A program made the position numbers and the translations under genes. The notes below the pieces were generated by a model. That model was not told the DNA's origin and made no database searches. It was given only the letters and a program-made list of their open reading frames with translations. A stretch of DNA of 62,688 nt, counting the filler, from Catajapyx aquilonaris (lineage: Eukaryota), in assembly GCA_000934665.2 (NCBI GenBank). It is 2 parts of 2 records of this genome, joined end to end, with 100 filler letters (N's around TTAATTAATTAA, not from the genome) between each part and the next. Parts side by side here need not be neighbours in the genome. Positions count along the whole stretch, not along the records: positions 1 to 31,305 come from JYFJ02004546.1; 1 more part is not named here. One strand, written 5' to 3'. How positions within the stretch are numbered: the first letter of the stretch is position 1; each line of letters starts with the position of its first letter. Positions 1-11,758 of this stretch are shown here, in pieces.

Positions 1-865
1 TTTCGACCTCACCGGATTTTTTTCAAATTCGGTGCATTGGTAGCCCACACCAAGGGATGAAAAACGCACCTATAGTGACCTGATAAAAATGACCTCGTGA
101 CCAAATTTTGAGGGGGGCAGAGGTCAAATCATAAAATTTCGACCTCGCCGATTTTCTTGAAATTCGGTCCATTGGTAGCCCACCCCAAGGGATGAAAAAC
201 GCACCTATAGTTACTTGATCCAAATGACCTCGTGACCCAATTCTGATGAGGGCAGAGGTCAAATTCCAACCTCACCGATTTTTTTGAAATTCGGGGGTTA
301 TACACACTTACATTTTTTGCGTACACGTACTACCCGCCTTAGTGAATCACAAGAGAGACTTTGCAAGTGCCAGTCACAAATTTTCTTGAAATTCGGCGCA
401 TTGACATAGGTCCCCTCCAATATGGGTCACAGGGTCATGTCGAGCAGGGAACTATAGGTGGGTTTGTCATCCCTTGGTGTGGGCTACTAATGCACCGAAT
501 TTGAAGATAATCGGCGAGGTCGGAATTTTATTATTTGACCTCTGCCCCACTCAAAATTGGGTCACAGGGTCACTTTTATCAGGTCACTATATGTGCGTTT
601 TTCATCCCTTGGTGTGGGCTACCAATGAACCGAATTTGAAAAAAATCCGGTGAGGTCGAAATTTGACCTCTGCCCCCCTCAAAATTGGGTCACGAGGTCA
701 TTTTTGTCAGGTAACTATAGGTGCGTTTTTCATCCCTTGGTGTGGGCTACCAATGCACCAAATTTCAAGAAAATCGGTGAAGTTGAAATTTTTTGCGTTG
801 AAAAATGACCCAATTTGGCAGGGCAAATCTCCGGACATCATATGATGGACGTAGGCAGCAAAGGG
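1..865. mobile_element. Foldback-type non-autonomous element with arms of ~128-135 bp tandem subunits and a piggyBac-like right end (left end outside window)
   Basis: Subunit (...GGTCA..TATAGGTGCGTTTTTCATCCCTTGG..GGGCTACCAATGCACCGAATTT..TTTGACCTCTGCCCC..) is reversed at 1-290 and forward at ~410-790. Terminus AAAGGG (863-865) is followed by TTAA (866-869). Same family recurs at ~60537-61080. Confidence 0.7.
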
Positions 866-869
866 TTAA

Positions 870-1019
870 AAGTCAGAAGGAGCGATTAGGCAAAAATCGC
901 TAAAGAGTGTATCTCAGTAATGAGGCTGCCCAGACATATGACTCCTATACTTAAATCGATCCTCTGGTGGCTAGGAAGGCAGTCATATACGTCGGGGCAC
1001 TGAGTTCAGATACACCCTG
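870..1019. mobile_element. Right end of a Tc1/mariner-type MITE (CAGGGTG termini)
   Basis: Ends ...TACACCCTG followed by TA. 910-1019 is the near-exact reverse complement of 31151-31260, and 870-903 matches the interior of the MITE at 59941-59974. Confidence 0.75.
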
Positions 1020-1361
1020 TATACATTTTGTAACATTACCTTCGACCGCCTTTGACTTACAGATTTATATTGATATGAATCACGTCCTTTTGCTATATAA
1101 TAATTAACTGACTTCAAACTCTTCCTATAAAATCCGGGTCGTGTTTCTATTACTTCCGCAGTATCTCTTCAAGCCTCTTCTAGTAACCAGGAGTGCTTCT
1201 TTAAAGGGGAACGCATCAAGACTTTTTATTGATACATTTCTACGGTACTGTTTTCACTACTTGAGCTTGAGGTAAACTTCAGCAGTATAAGATAAATGTC
1301 AATTGTTGCAGATATTGAACACAAGAATCAAGTACTCATTATGCTCTCTGTACCCATTCAG

Positions 1362-3914
1362 ATCAACGCTCAATACGACAGATCATGTACGTGCTTAGAG
1401 TACGCCAGCGAACGTGGTCTGTTTGACTTCGTCACCTCTCTTCTGAAGCACGGTGCTGACCCCCAGAGGTACAACAGCACCAGGCATGGAAATTCAATAC
1501 TCTTCGCCGCCAAGAAGGGACAGGACAAGGTGCTCAAGTGTTTCCTCGCGCGTGACATCGACCTTCAGTGTACCAACAACCGAGGGAGGACAGCGTTGCA
1601 TCTGGTGGTCGAGACAGGTGTGGCTAACTTCAAGAAGTCGATGGACAATGTCCATGTACTCCGATGCCTGGACATGCTTCTGGAGGACACCAGGATAGAC
1701 GTGGACAAGGCGGACAGGACTGGAGCCACACCGGTACACTTGGCAGCAGTCGGAGGATGGTGGGCAGGTGTACAGGACATACTGAAGTACGGACCGGATC
1801 TGGACGTGGAAGTGGAAGGACGTACTGCCAGAGAGGTATTGGAAGACGACTGTCCCGATCTGATCGTGTTCGCCAAGCCAAAAGGATCCGTCAAATCCGG
1901 ATGGAACTACCTGAAGAGCATCATGTTCAGAGCGCTGTACGACAAGGACACGGCCGGTTTCGGGAGCAAGGTACCGGATGCGTCCGATCTAAATGCCGAT
2001 GATGGCTTGTACACATTCCTGCAATTAGCCTGCAGGAACGGCTTGTACGATTGCGTCAAAACACTACTGGATAATGGGGCCAAACCGGACCAAACATGTC
2101 CAAACAACGACGTCCCTCCGGTGGCCATCGCTGCAACTCAGGGTTATCACAGAATACTCGGTTGCCTGCGTGTTAACAATGCTAACACCCGGAAGCCCAC
2201 GTCTTTCTTGAAGCGAACCTTGCTACACCGAATTGCCCTACGAGAGTCACCATGCACCAGTGATGAGCAGGATTACGACAAGTGCTTTGCAGAAGTGATG
2301 CGAAACCCACCAGAAATCGACACTCGAGATGCTCTAGGCAACACAGCGTTGCACTACGCTGCCAGGAATGGACACAAGAAAACGATAAAAACACTGCTGC
2401 ATGCAGGGGCGTCGTTGGATGAGAAGAACAACATGGGAGAACCGCCCGTGGCCATTATAGCACCGGATGTCCTGGAAGAGTTCCTGGACGAGTGTATCGA
2501 AGAATCGGACAGGGATCCCAAGTCGGACCAGTTCCAGATTACGTTAAAGTACGACTTTTTAGTGCCGAGGAGAAGTACAAATCCAGGTTCGTGTTATGAT
2601 GCAGAGACGCGGGATTCGAATGTAAGAGCCTCCATTAGAAACATTCCCGAAACCGAACCGTTGTGGTATATCTGGCAATCCAGCAAGCACCAGCATCTGC
2701 TGAAGCACCCTGTACTCTCCAGCTTTCTTCACTTGAAGTTCCAGTGCATCCAAGGCTTCTACTGCTTCAACCTGCTCGTCCACACCATTTTTGTACTGCT
2801 TTTGACAGCTTACTTGCACTTGTCATTTGCTACATCTGAACCCGGATCCCAGTCCTCCAGGTACGTCATTGCCTCGGTCAACGCAATATTATTCCTGTTC
2901 ATTGTCCTACGTGAATTGGTTCAGATGGCCGTGTCTCTCAAGCGGTACCTGATCAGCTTCGAAAACACATGCGAATCAGCCCTGATTGTCCTGACTATTC
3001 TGGTGGTGTACTGCCCGATAGATATAGAAACCAAGCGCCACCTGGCTCCCTTCCTGATGCTCCTGGCCTGGTGCGAGGTCCTCTTCATCCTGGGACAACA
3101 CCCGAATCTCTCCACGTACATGACCATGTTCGCCACAGTTAGCATCAGCTACATCAAGTTTCTAGCCACTTTTTCCCTCCTGATATGCGCGTTTGCTCTG
3201 AGCTTCTCCCTGGTCTTCTACAAGTGCGAGGAAGAGTCTGACTGCGATGCATTTCACTACTTTCCAACATCGGTGCTGCGTACCTGCGTCATGATGATAG
3301 GCGAGTTCGAGTTCGGTTCTCTTCCATTTGAAGCCTTGCCTTACACCTCCGAGTTCATATTCTTCCTCTTCCTTTTCCTTGTCGTCATTGTCCTCCTGAA
3401 CCTCCTGAATGGTTTGGCCGTCAGTGACACCCAAGCCATACGCGAACGTGCTCAACTGGTCGGGTGCGGATCACGTCTTCAGCTCATCTCATACATCGAG
3501 TGCACAGTGTTGGGCGATCCATTACACTTCTTCTCTACATGGGGTCCGTATGAATGGATACGGCAGTTGCCTGACTGCACATTGTACAGCATGTGCCACA
3601 AAGTCCCTAAACTGCGCCGATTTATACGTCACTTCACGTTCGGGAACACAGTGCTGCTATTTCGTCACCTGCCAAAGATGCAGCTGCAGGTGACCTTTTC
3701 AGACGCGATCAAAGTGCATCCGAAGAGGTTCTACCTAGACATGCCGATTGCAGAAGCTGCCAAGTCGGTGGTGCTGGAGAGGAAGAGAAGAGCCCAGGAA
3801 AAGGCAGGTTCCAGGGATATCCAGGAGAGGTTGGACACTCTGGAGGTCAAGATGGATATGTTGGGCAGGAATATGGAAGCTTTGATTCGTGCGATGGAAG
3901 CAAACAATGTTTAA
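1362..3914 (+). CDS. pain: Painless-like TRPA cation channel, copy 1 (large terminal exon; upstream exons lie outside the window)
   Basis: Open frame with ankyrin repeats (GRTALHL, GATPVHLAA, GNTALHYAA), HLLKHPVLSSFLHLK, six TM segments, pore MMIGEFEF, S6 NLLNGLAVSDTQ and a C-terminal coiled coil. Acceptor TTCAG|ATC at 1361/1362 matches copies 3 and 5. Confidence 0.9.
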   Translation: MNAQYDRSCTCLEYASERGLFDFVTSLLKHGADPQRYNSTRHGNSILFAAKKGQDKVLKCFLARDIDLQCTNNRGRTALHLVVETGVANFKKSMDNVHVLRCLDMLLEDTRIDVDKADRTGATPVHLAAVGGWWAGVQDILKYGPDLDVEVEGRTAREVLEDDCPDLIVFAKPKGSVKSGWNYLKSIMFRALYDKDTAGFGSKVPDASDLNADDGLYTFLQLACRNGLYDCVKTLLDNGAKPDQTCPNNDVPPVAIAATQGYHRILGCLRVNNANTRKPTSFLKRTLLHRIALRESPCTSDEQDYDKCFAEVMRNPPEIDTRDALGNTALHYAARNGHKKTIKTLLHAGASLDEKNNMGEPPVAIIAPDVLEEFLDECIEESDRDPKSDQFQITLKYDFLVPRRSTNPGSCYDAETRDSNVRASIRNIPETEPLWYIWQSSKHQHLLKHPVLSSFLHLKFQCIQGFYCFNLLVHTIFVLLLTAYLHLSFATSEPGSQSSRYVIASVNAILFLFIVLRELVQMAVSLKRYLISFENTCESALIVLTILVVYCPIDIETKRHLAPFLMLLAWCEVLFILGQHPNLSTYMTMFATVSISYIKFLATFSLLICAFALSFSLVFYKCEEESDCDAFHYFPTSVLRTCVMMIGEFEFGSLPFEALPYTSEFIFFLFLFLVVIVLLNLLNGLAVSDTQAIRERAQLVGCGSRLQLISYIECTVLGDPLHFFSTWGPYEWIRQLPDCTLYSMCHKVPKLRRFIRHFTFGNTVLLFRHLPKMQLQVTFSDAIKVHPKRFYLDMPIAEAAKSVVLERKRRAQEKAGSRDIQERLDTLEVKMDMLGRNMEALIRAMEANNV

Positions 3915-5115
3915 GCGTCCATTCCAGTTTGTCACTACATATTATGATACGTATGTCCGTTCTTGACACTATTCCTTGATAGGGTCAGATATTTTACCCA
4001 AAGCTTATACCACATCCACAAGCGTTTGTGTCACATTAAATAAAAGCCGTTACCCAATTACCTGGAATTCGCCATCTGAACCGTGTGAAAATCACCTGTT
4101 TACAAGTAGATCTTCACTCTAAATTTTTTACACGCAAACTTACAGTTATGTAACATGGAACCTTAAATGTAAAATAAATTGTTTTTCAGAACTTTGGAAA
4201 AATAATATACTGAACTCTTCCAGAACCCCTATGGTGTTAGAAGCAGTGGAGAGCAACTGAACGGTAATGTGGAATTATTTTAAACGGAGTCCAATAAGAT
4301 ATATATTTTTTTAATGTCAAATCGTATATTTTTCTTACAGTGTTATTTTTGCTAATACAGTATCACACATTATTTTGTTACGTTAGGTGAATTATTGAGA
4401 AAGAATACAGTACTATGGAATACATGCTGAACTATGGTTGCATAATGTGGAAGTATCTAACATTCACCCTCACACCTCCTGATTATTTGGAGTAATAATG
4501 AATCACCACGCTGACCCTCTGCGCACAGTGAGATAAATAGCGAAAAACATGGTCAAAAGACCAGTTTGGCAACAGTGTCCTATCGATTATAAAAGGCATA
4601 TGTATACCTGGGGTTACACCCTGCTTTTTATCAGTCTTCCATTTGATAGAGCAACCAGCTGAAATGTTTATATTAGCGCCCAGAGCAGGCCAGATCTCTC
4701 ACAGTATAACAATAGCGTGAGTGTGCAAAGATTTTGCTCCTGTTTTGCTCTGTTTCTTGGGCTTCAATATATGGACGGTAATTATGATTGTTTTTATCAC
4801 ATTAGCCTCACATTAGATCACAATATGTAATTTTATTTGCAATCACAGGGTTACTGATGATTTGAACGGAGAAATGACACTGACAACATTCCATGTCATT
4901 GTCGTCCAAACCAGGATTTTATAGGCAACTAGATAAAGTCTACTCGAATCACGCTGTCGTGATATGCCAATCTTGTGATCAGAATTATTCCAACTTGTGA
5001 GTCACCAATCTCACTTGAACTTGGATTGACTCCAAAATACCTCTCCTCTTCCGTTCACTTTTATAATTATATCTTCCAATGTATACTCTCACCAAGGGCG
5101 CTTGTTTTGCAGCCG

Positions 5116-5127
5116 TCAGTCGTCAGT
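5116..5127 (+). promoter_or_regulatory. Candidate initiator (tandem TCAGT) of painless copy 2
   Basis: TCAGT twice ~120 nt upstream of the first ATG. The same motif and an upstream CACTTGAACTTGGA.TGACTCCAAAATAC block recur before copy 5 (~24303-24445). Confidence 0.45.
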
Positions 5128-5237
5128 CTGGTCTACAGTAAACAAGAGTAAGGATTTTTATCTAACACTGGTGCTAACACTGGTGACCTTAGACCTCGCA
5201 ATTCGTGCCTCAATGTGACTGCTTATCGAATTGTTCC

Positions 5238-8200
5238 ATGGAGCTACAAGATATGTCTAGTCAAAGGTAAGCCAATTTGTAATAGAGCATGCGCGATCCT
5301 GAAATGCTCCTCCAATGTATATAGACTATCTTAGCAATAATCACCTTATACTTCTAAGCACTTCAAGTACTTCTAAGTGTTTTCTAATACAACGTGTGAA
5401 TCAATCCTGGATGTCATTTATGGCAAATTTCTGCTTTTTCCAGTGTTGGAAAGATGGGTGATAGTGAAGAGACTGTGGAAGAAGTGGCTCCGTGTTCGGG
5501 CAGTGGTCAGAATGATGACGCCAATGGACCAAAACTCATGGAGCTGCTAATGAAGGGTGACCTGGAAGGCTTCCGCTCAGCCTTGCAACATGCCACAAAA
5601 GACCAGGTCAGTGTCGCACTATTGAAGGGCAGGAAATTCAGAATAATTGCATGAGATGGTAATTACAAGACTCTATAGTTTCAAGACACACGGTGTAGTG
5701 TATCCAACTCGTGTTTCCATTATTGTCGCAGTAGCTTCAAGCCTCTTCTAACCCAGAGACTTTAAATGATCCATGTTTCCTATTCTGTGGGGGGTAAACA
5801 AGCGCAGTATTGGACTAACTATTTTATCCGCATGGCCAAGCCAAACAAAACATACTCCAAGAACCTTAGATGATCATAAAAGCTAAAATTGTTGCTGTCA
5901 AGGTGTAGGCTGTACATTTTATAAGCGCGCGATGATTTTGTTCAGTTTAGGAACATCGTTAAATGAAAAGATTACAACTTTCACAATATTGTGTCGATAT
6001 CTGTTAAGCTTTGAGGCTGAGCATCACTTTTGTCAATGAATACAATTATTACCATCGTCATTCGACATTTTAAAGCCATTGATATAAGTTGAATATAGAG
6101 ACGTAATTTTCTACGTACGAGTATATGCAAGTAGTCTTACGATCTACACTACATATACTGTACGTACTCGTAAATATGCTGCACGACATAATTCCATTTG
6201 TTACTGAACTCAATACTCCTTGCAAATGTACAGTAGTAATGGAAAAAATCAATTCGGCTGTTCAGATCAGCAGCACATTTTCACATTACGCTTCTCAATT
6301 TAGGTAAATCCTCCAGTATAAAAATGTCACTCTTGCAAATATAGGCTACTGTACTTCGTAATGTAACGCACAAAATGTTGCAATATATTTAGTGTCATGC
6401 AAAGAGAGCGAAATAATCACAACTCTCTCTGTACCCCTTCAGGTAAACGCCCATTATGACAGGGCATACACCGATACACGTGCTTGGAATACGCCAGCGT
6501 ACATGGTATGGTGAACTGTCGTCTCTCTTCTGGAGAAAGGTGTCGATCCATGGAAGTACACAACACCACCCGGTACGGCAATGCCATTGTCTTAGCCTCC
6601 AGGGAGGGACAGCACAAGGTGCTCAAGTGTTTGCTAGATCCAGACATCGACATCGACAGCGGGGGAAACGAGTTGCACCTAATGGTCAAGATCGGAGTGT
6701 TCGAATCAAAAAAATCTATGAACACCACTCACGTCCTAGGAAGCCTCGACGACCTTCTGGAGGTCGCTAGAATAGACGTAGACAAGAAGGACAGGACTGG
6801 AGCGACACCGGTACACTTGGCAGCAGTCGGAGGATGGTGGGAAGGCGTGCAGGCCATACTGTACTACGGGCCGGACCTGGACGTGGAGGTGGATGGACGT
6901 ACCGCCAGGGATGTGTTGGAAGATGACTGCCCCGACCTGCTAGTGTTCCCCAAGACGAAACGATCCGTCGAACCCAAATGGAAATACCTGAAGAAGAGGA
7001 TGTTCATGGCTCTGTACAATCAAAACAAGGCCAGTTTCGTAAGAATGGTGCGACAGGCATCCGATCTGGACGCCTATGAAGACTGGTACACCTTTCTGCA
7101 ATTTTCTTGCATGTACGGCTTATACGATTGCGTCACAGCACTAGTGGAAAATGGGGCCAAACATAGCCAAACATGTTCAAACACGCCCGTCCCTCCGGTA
7201 GCCATCGCCGCAAAGTATGGTTACCACAGAATACTCAAAACCCAGATCGTGTACGGGGCAGACATCCCTAATTCCAGGGGTTATAAAAAAAGAACGGTGC
7301 TACACCTAATAGCTTTGCGAGAGTCTCCATGCGTTAATAAAGATAAGGACTACCACCAGTGCTTAGAAGAAGTGATGCCAAATCCACCAGAAATCGACGC
7401 TAGAGATGCTCTTGGCAACACCGCTTTGCATTACGCTGCGTGGAATGGAGATAATAAAACGGTAATAACACTATTGCATGCAGGAGCGTCTTTGGGTGCG
7501 AAAAACAGTTTGGACGAAGCACCGTTGTCCAAGATACCGCCGGATACTGTCCAAGAGTTCCTGGACGAGTGCATAGTCGAACCGGACAAAGCTCCTCTGT
7601 GGGACCAACTTAAAATCACATTCCAGTACAAGTTCTTGCAGGGGAAAAGATGCACAAGTCCAGGTTCTATCCTGGACCCCGAGAAGCAGGATTCGGAGAA
7701 ACATGACTCCAACCTTTCCGAAACAACAGAGCTATGGTATCTCTGGCAGTCGAGCAAGCACCATCATTTGCTGAAGCACCCTGTGCTCTCCAGCTTCCTT
7801 CACTTGAAGTTCCAGTGCATTGAAGGTATCTACTACTTCAACCTGCTTGTCCACACCATTTTTGTGTTGCTCTTGACATATTACTTGCACCTGTCGTTTG
7901 CTACGGCTGAACCCGGATCACAGTCCTCTAGGTATGCCATTGCCTTGGTCAACGCAACATTCTTCACGTTCATTGTCCTAAGGGAATTGGTTCAAATGTC
8001 CGTGTCTCTCAAGAGTTACATGATCAGCTTCGAAAACATATGCGAATTAGCCCTAATGGGGAACTAGCCTTCATTTTGGAAACTACATAATAAATTCGCC
8101 CATATTTTTTGGATTTTTTTGGCATATTCCGTTTTAAGATATCAGTTTCAGTTCCGGAGTAATTGGGGTTTTTATGTAGGGAAATGGTGACGTCACTGTT

Positions 8201-9667
8201 TCCCTAGAAAATGTTGACGTCACGCGAAGTGAAATGAACGCAAAAATGGTGTTATAGAACGCGCCCCGTCATTGTCGTAAAATGCTTCGCTGTTGTTAGC
8301 AACCGTCCCATTCCGTGAGCAAGATAGCGGCCGGGGCGCGTATTTATTCCAGGCCGCTCAAGCCGCTTTGTACGTGGCAGTGATGCCCCCAGCTCGGAAA
8401 TATCTGTCTCCCGAATTCGGCACATGAAGGGCCCCCTTCTCCACCTCGATGGCCTACAGCCGCCTTACGAATGCTTTCCGTCGTGTCCGCGGTTAATTCA
8501 AAGTCAAATTCCTCATATCTCGCAGTCAACCAGGCATTTCAGGGTACCCTTTCGATTGGCACCACTCTGTTTCCCCGTTTTTCCCGCCAATTTTGAAGGC
8601 ACTTTTAAATGTGCCGTAATTTATCTAGTAATGTCATTTTGATGCAACAGAGTGATGGAATGTATGTTTACAGGCATGGGCTAGCTAGTTATGAACAAAA
8701 ATCCCAAATCCCAGACCAAGGCTAGTTCCCCATTGTCTTGACTATTCTGGTGGTGTACTGCCCGTTGGAGATAGAATCCAAGCGCCACCTGGCTCCCTTC
8801 CTGATGCTCCTGGCCTGGTGCGAGGTCCTCTTCATCTTGGGAGAACACCCGAGCCTCTCCACCTACATGACCATGTTTGCCACAGTTAGCATTAGTTACA
8901 TCAAGTTTCTGGCCACTTTTTCTCTCTTGATATGTGCTTTCGCTCTGAGCTTTTCCCTGGTGTTCTACAAGTGCGAAAGAGCGTCTGACTGTGAGGCATT
9001 TCACTACTTTCCAACATCGGTGCTGCGTACCTGCGTCATGATGACTGGAGAGATCGAGTTCGGTTTACTGCCCTTTTCTGCCCTAACCGGCACCTCCCAG
9101 CTCGTCTTCTTCCTTTTCCTTTTCCTTGTTGTCATTGTCCTACTCAACCTCCTCAATGGTTTGGCCGTCAGTGACCCCCAAGCCATATTAGACCGCGCTG
9201 AACTAGAAGGATGCGGATCACGTCTCCAACTCATCTCATACATCGAGTGCACACCTTTGGGCGAAACCATGCCCTTTACCTCCGGATGGGGTCCGCATGA
9301 ATGGATACGACATTTGCCTGACTGCTCATTGTACAGCGTATTCCACAAATTCCCCAAACTGCGCCGACTCATACGTAACGTCATGTTTGGCCACACCGTC
9401 CTGCTGTTCCGTCGTTTGCCAAAGATGCAGCTTAAGGTGACCTTTTCAGATGTGATCAAGGTTCGTCCTGAGAGGTTCTATCTAGACAAGTCGGTTGCAG
9501 AAGCGGCCAAGTCTGTGGTGCTGGAGAGGAAGAGGCGAGCCAAGGCAATTGGAGGTTCTATGGATATCCAGGATGCGCTGAAGAAAAATATGAACACTAA
9601 TATGAGCGATCTTAACACCAAGCTGAATGCCCTGATTAGTGCGATGGAAGCCAAGAAGAGAGATTAG
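5238..9667 (+). pseudogene. pain: Painless-like TRPA copy 2, disrupted (exons 5238-5266, 5444-5606, 6443-9667)
   Basis: Closely similar to copy 3. An 8-nt insertion near 6472 shifts the spliced frame to TGA at 6512, further -2/+2 indels follow, and a 674-bp MITE (8058-8731) interrupts the TM region, splitting ORFs 6484-8067 and 8738-9667. Confidence 0.88.
8058..8731. mobile_element. MITE with 14-bp TIRs and AT target-site duplication (ISL2EU/PIF-Harbinger-like)
   Basis: GGGGAACTAGCCTT ... AAGGCTAGTTCCCC, flanked by AT on both sides. Paralogs show the empty site GCCCTGATTGTC. Confidence 0.85.
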
Positions 9668-10605
9668 ACTTCCAATCGAGTTTATCACTTGGATATTGGC
9701 CAGCCAATTCCCGCCGTCAATGAAACGTTTGTTTTGGGCCATACCAGTTTTCTGTCCCCCTACAGCGGCATGTAACCCTTCACGCAAAAGATTAGTTTTG
9801 TAACAATATTATGGCTCTAATCTAGTTTTGCAAAAGTTTGAAATTTATTCGGACCTCTTATATATAACCATTTCCAATCATAATCGGTGCTAAATCTATG
9901 GCCATCACGACCACAAACTGGAATTTTCAATGGCGTAAAATGGTTACTAAACAATATGAACATTTTCTAACTGTTTATTTTTTGTAATTGCTCTCCTAAT
10001 GTACGTGTATTTCCCTAATTACATATATCTGTAACTATAATGACTATAACCAACAAGAATGATAATAATAAATCGTTACCAATGAAGAAATGTGAATTTC
10101 TCTCCAATTTCTTGCAGCATGCCAGCAAATCTTCATCACTGTGGTATGATGAGAAGTCTAAACTTTAAAGGAAAACCAGATGAGGGAGCATAACTCACAA
10201 TCGTACTTGTGTAAACAACCAGTAACGGACCACAGTGCCCAGCACATGGAACATCACGTTTTATTCGGAAAAAAATAGATAGTGCCATCAGTAGGCTCTA
10301 TCATAAGAGCTATTTGCACCACATTGTATACAGGGTGTTTCATTGTTGAAGGTCATGTGATGGGGCACTGTTTCTGAGAGGAAACTCGACAACTTACTCT
10401 ATAGTCTGTGAATCCCAATATCCAAATAGATAAGCTAATAAAGCCAGTGGCAGCAGCCATCATGGGATGGCTTGGATAATATGTGACTAACATGGATACA
10501 ATATTGTTACAGTTACGTGTTGTTAAGCAAATCGTAATATTGTTTCTTATTTACACTATACCAACAAATTTTCGTTCAAACAGGGAGGCTTCAATCTCCA
10601 CCAAA

Positions 10606-11758
10606 ATGGGGCCTAAGCCACCTAAGTCACTCGCCAAACAGATTACGTCAAATGATGGCGGCATCGGCAGTCCTTCTTCTAGTAGGTCAGTTAGTCCATA
10701 CACGATAACACCCAAGATAACACCATCTTCTCTATCACTGACCTCTGGGAAAAAGGGTGAGTTACCAGGTGTCCACAAGCCCAGGAAAGTTCAATCAACT
10801 ATCCAAGATGAACCAGATGCTTTGAATACCCCAGAGACTTCAGAGGTCCCAGGTATTATAATAATCTCACCAGGCAGCTCAGATCCCTCAGAGATCATTC
10901 TGACGAAGTCTATTGAGGCATCAAAGACACCAAGAACGCCACCTGTTCCCAATACTCTGATGCCCCCAGATCCCCGAAAACGCTCATCACGCTCCAATCT
11001 TCTTAAGCCTTCAACATCCTCACGGAAGACTCCACGGTCCATGAAGAGTCCCAAGACGTCAAAGTCCTTGATGAAGCCCTCAAAACCTTTGACCAAGCTC
11101 GCAAAGCCTTTGACGAAGACATCAAAGCCCTTGAAGAGTTCAAAGACCACAAAGCCCTTGAAGAGTTCAAAGAAGTTAAGGCCCTGGAAGCGTTCAAAGA
11201 AATCAAAACCCTTGAAGCGCCTGCAGTCCTCAAAGCGCTTGAAGACCGAGAAAATATGGAAATTCGTACAGCTTCCAAAGACTGCGAAGCCCTATGAGCC
11301 CTTAAAGAAATGGAAGTCCCTGACAATCATAAAAAGTGCTCCCAAGCGAACTGGTTGGAAGCGCCATCGTTCTACTCGAAAGTTCATTCGATGTGAACCT
11401 TCACCTGCATATCCACACAACCCGCACGGCAAACAACCAGGTAAGTTTTGACCATAGCAACTTACAATGTTACAATGTAGACAAAAACCTTGTTTAACAT
11501 GCATTCTATTTTTTTCTTGATCATTCGTCAGCAAGGAGGAAACAAGAAGCGATCACTTTGCGCAAGAAGAAAGTATCTTCCGTATATGTGGAGAGCCCAT
11601 ACTTGCTAGCTATGAGCAAGAGGAAGCCCTTCATCCCACTGTCTGGTGTGGTAGAATTTGGGGCAGCACCGGGAACATTCGACAAGAAGGATAATTCTAG
11701 GCTGTATTGCCTGCTTTGCGCCTTCTGCTGTCCATGTGCACTCGGTTTCTTTACATAG
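10606..11758 (+). CDS. Hypothetical 353-aa Lys/Ser/Pro-rich protein with Cys-rich hydrophobic C-terminus (exons 10606-11440, 11532-11758)
   Basis: CAAAATG start context and an 835-nt open exon. Donor CAG|GTAAGT, 91-nt intron with T-tract and TCAG acceptor. The phase-1 splice joins in frame to ORF 11558-11758 ending LYCLLCAFCCPCALGFFT*. No family recognised. Confidence 0.65.

Noticed and set aside
1..845. CRISPR-like array or protein repeats (QVTIGAFFIPW ORFs)
   Set aside because: Units are long, lack unique spacers, are inverted and lie in a eukaryotic context; the ORFs are translations of the repeat.
1296..1361. ORF-track N-terminus MSIVADIEHKNQVLIMLSVPIQ as the start of copy 1
   Set aside because: It aligns with the 3' end of intron 2 in the paralogs and ends at the conserved acceptor; most likely an open intronic frame by chance.
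6484..9667. Copy 2 as a split two-gene channel (527 aa + 309 aa)
   Set aside because: Both ORFs start at TTG, the spliced frame stops at 6512, and the break is a MITE; a pseudogene is the simpler explanation.
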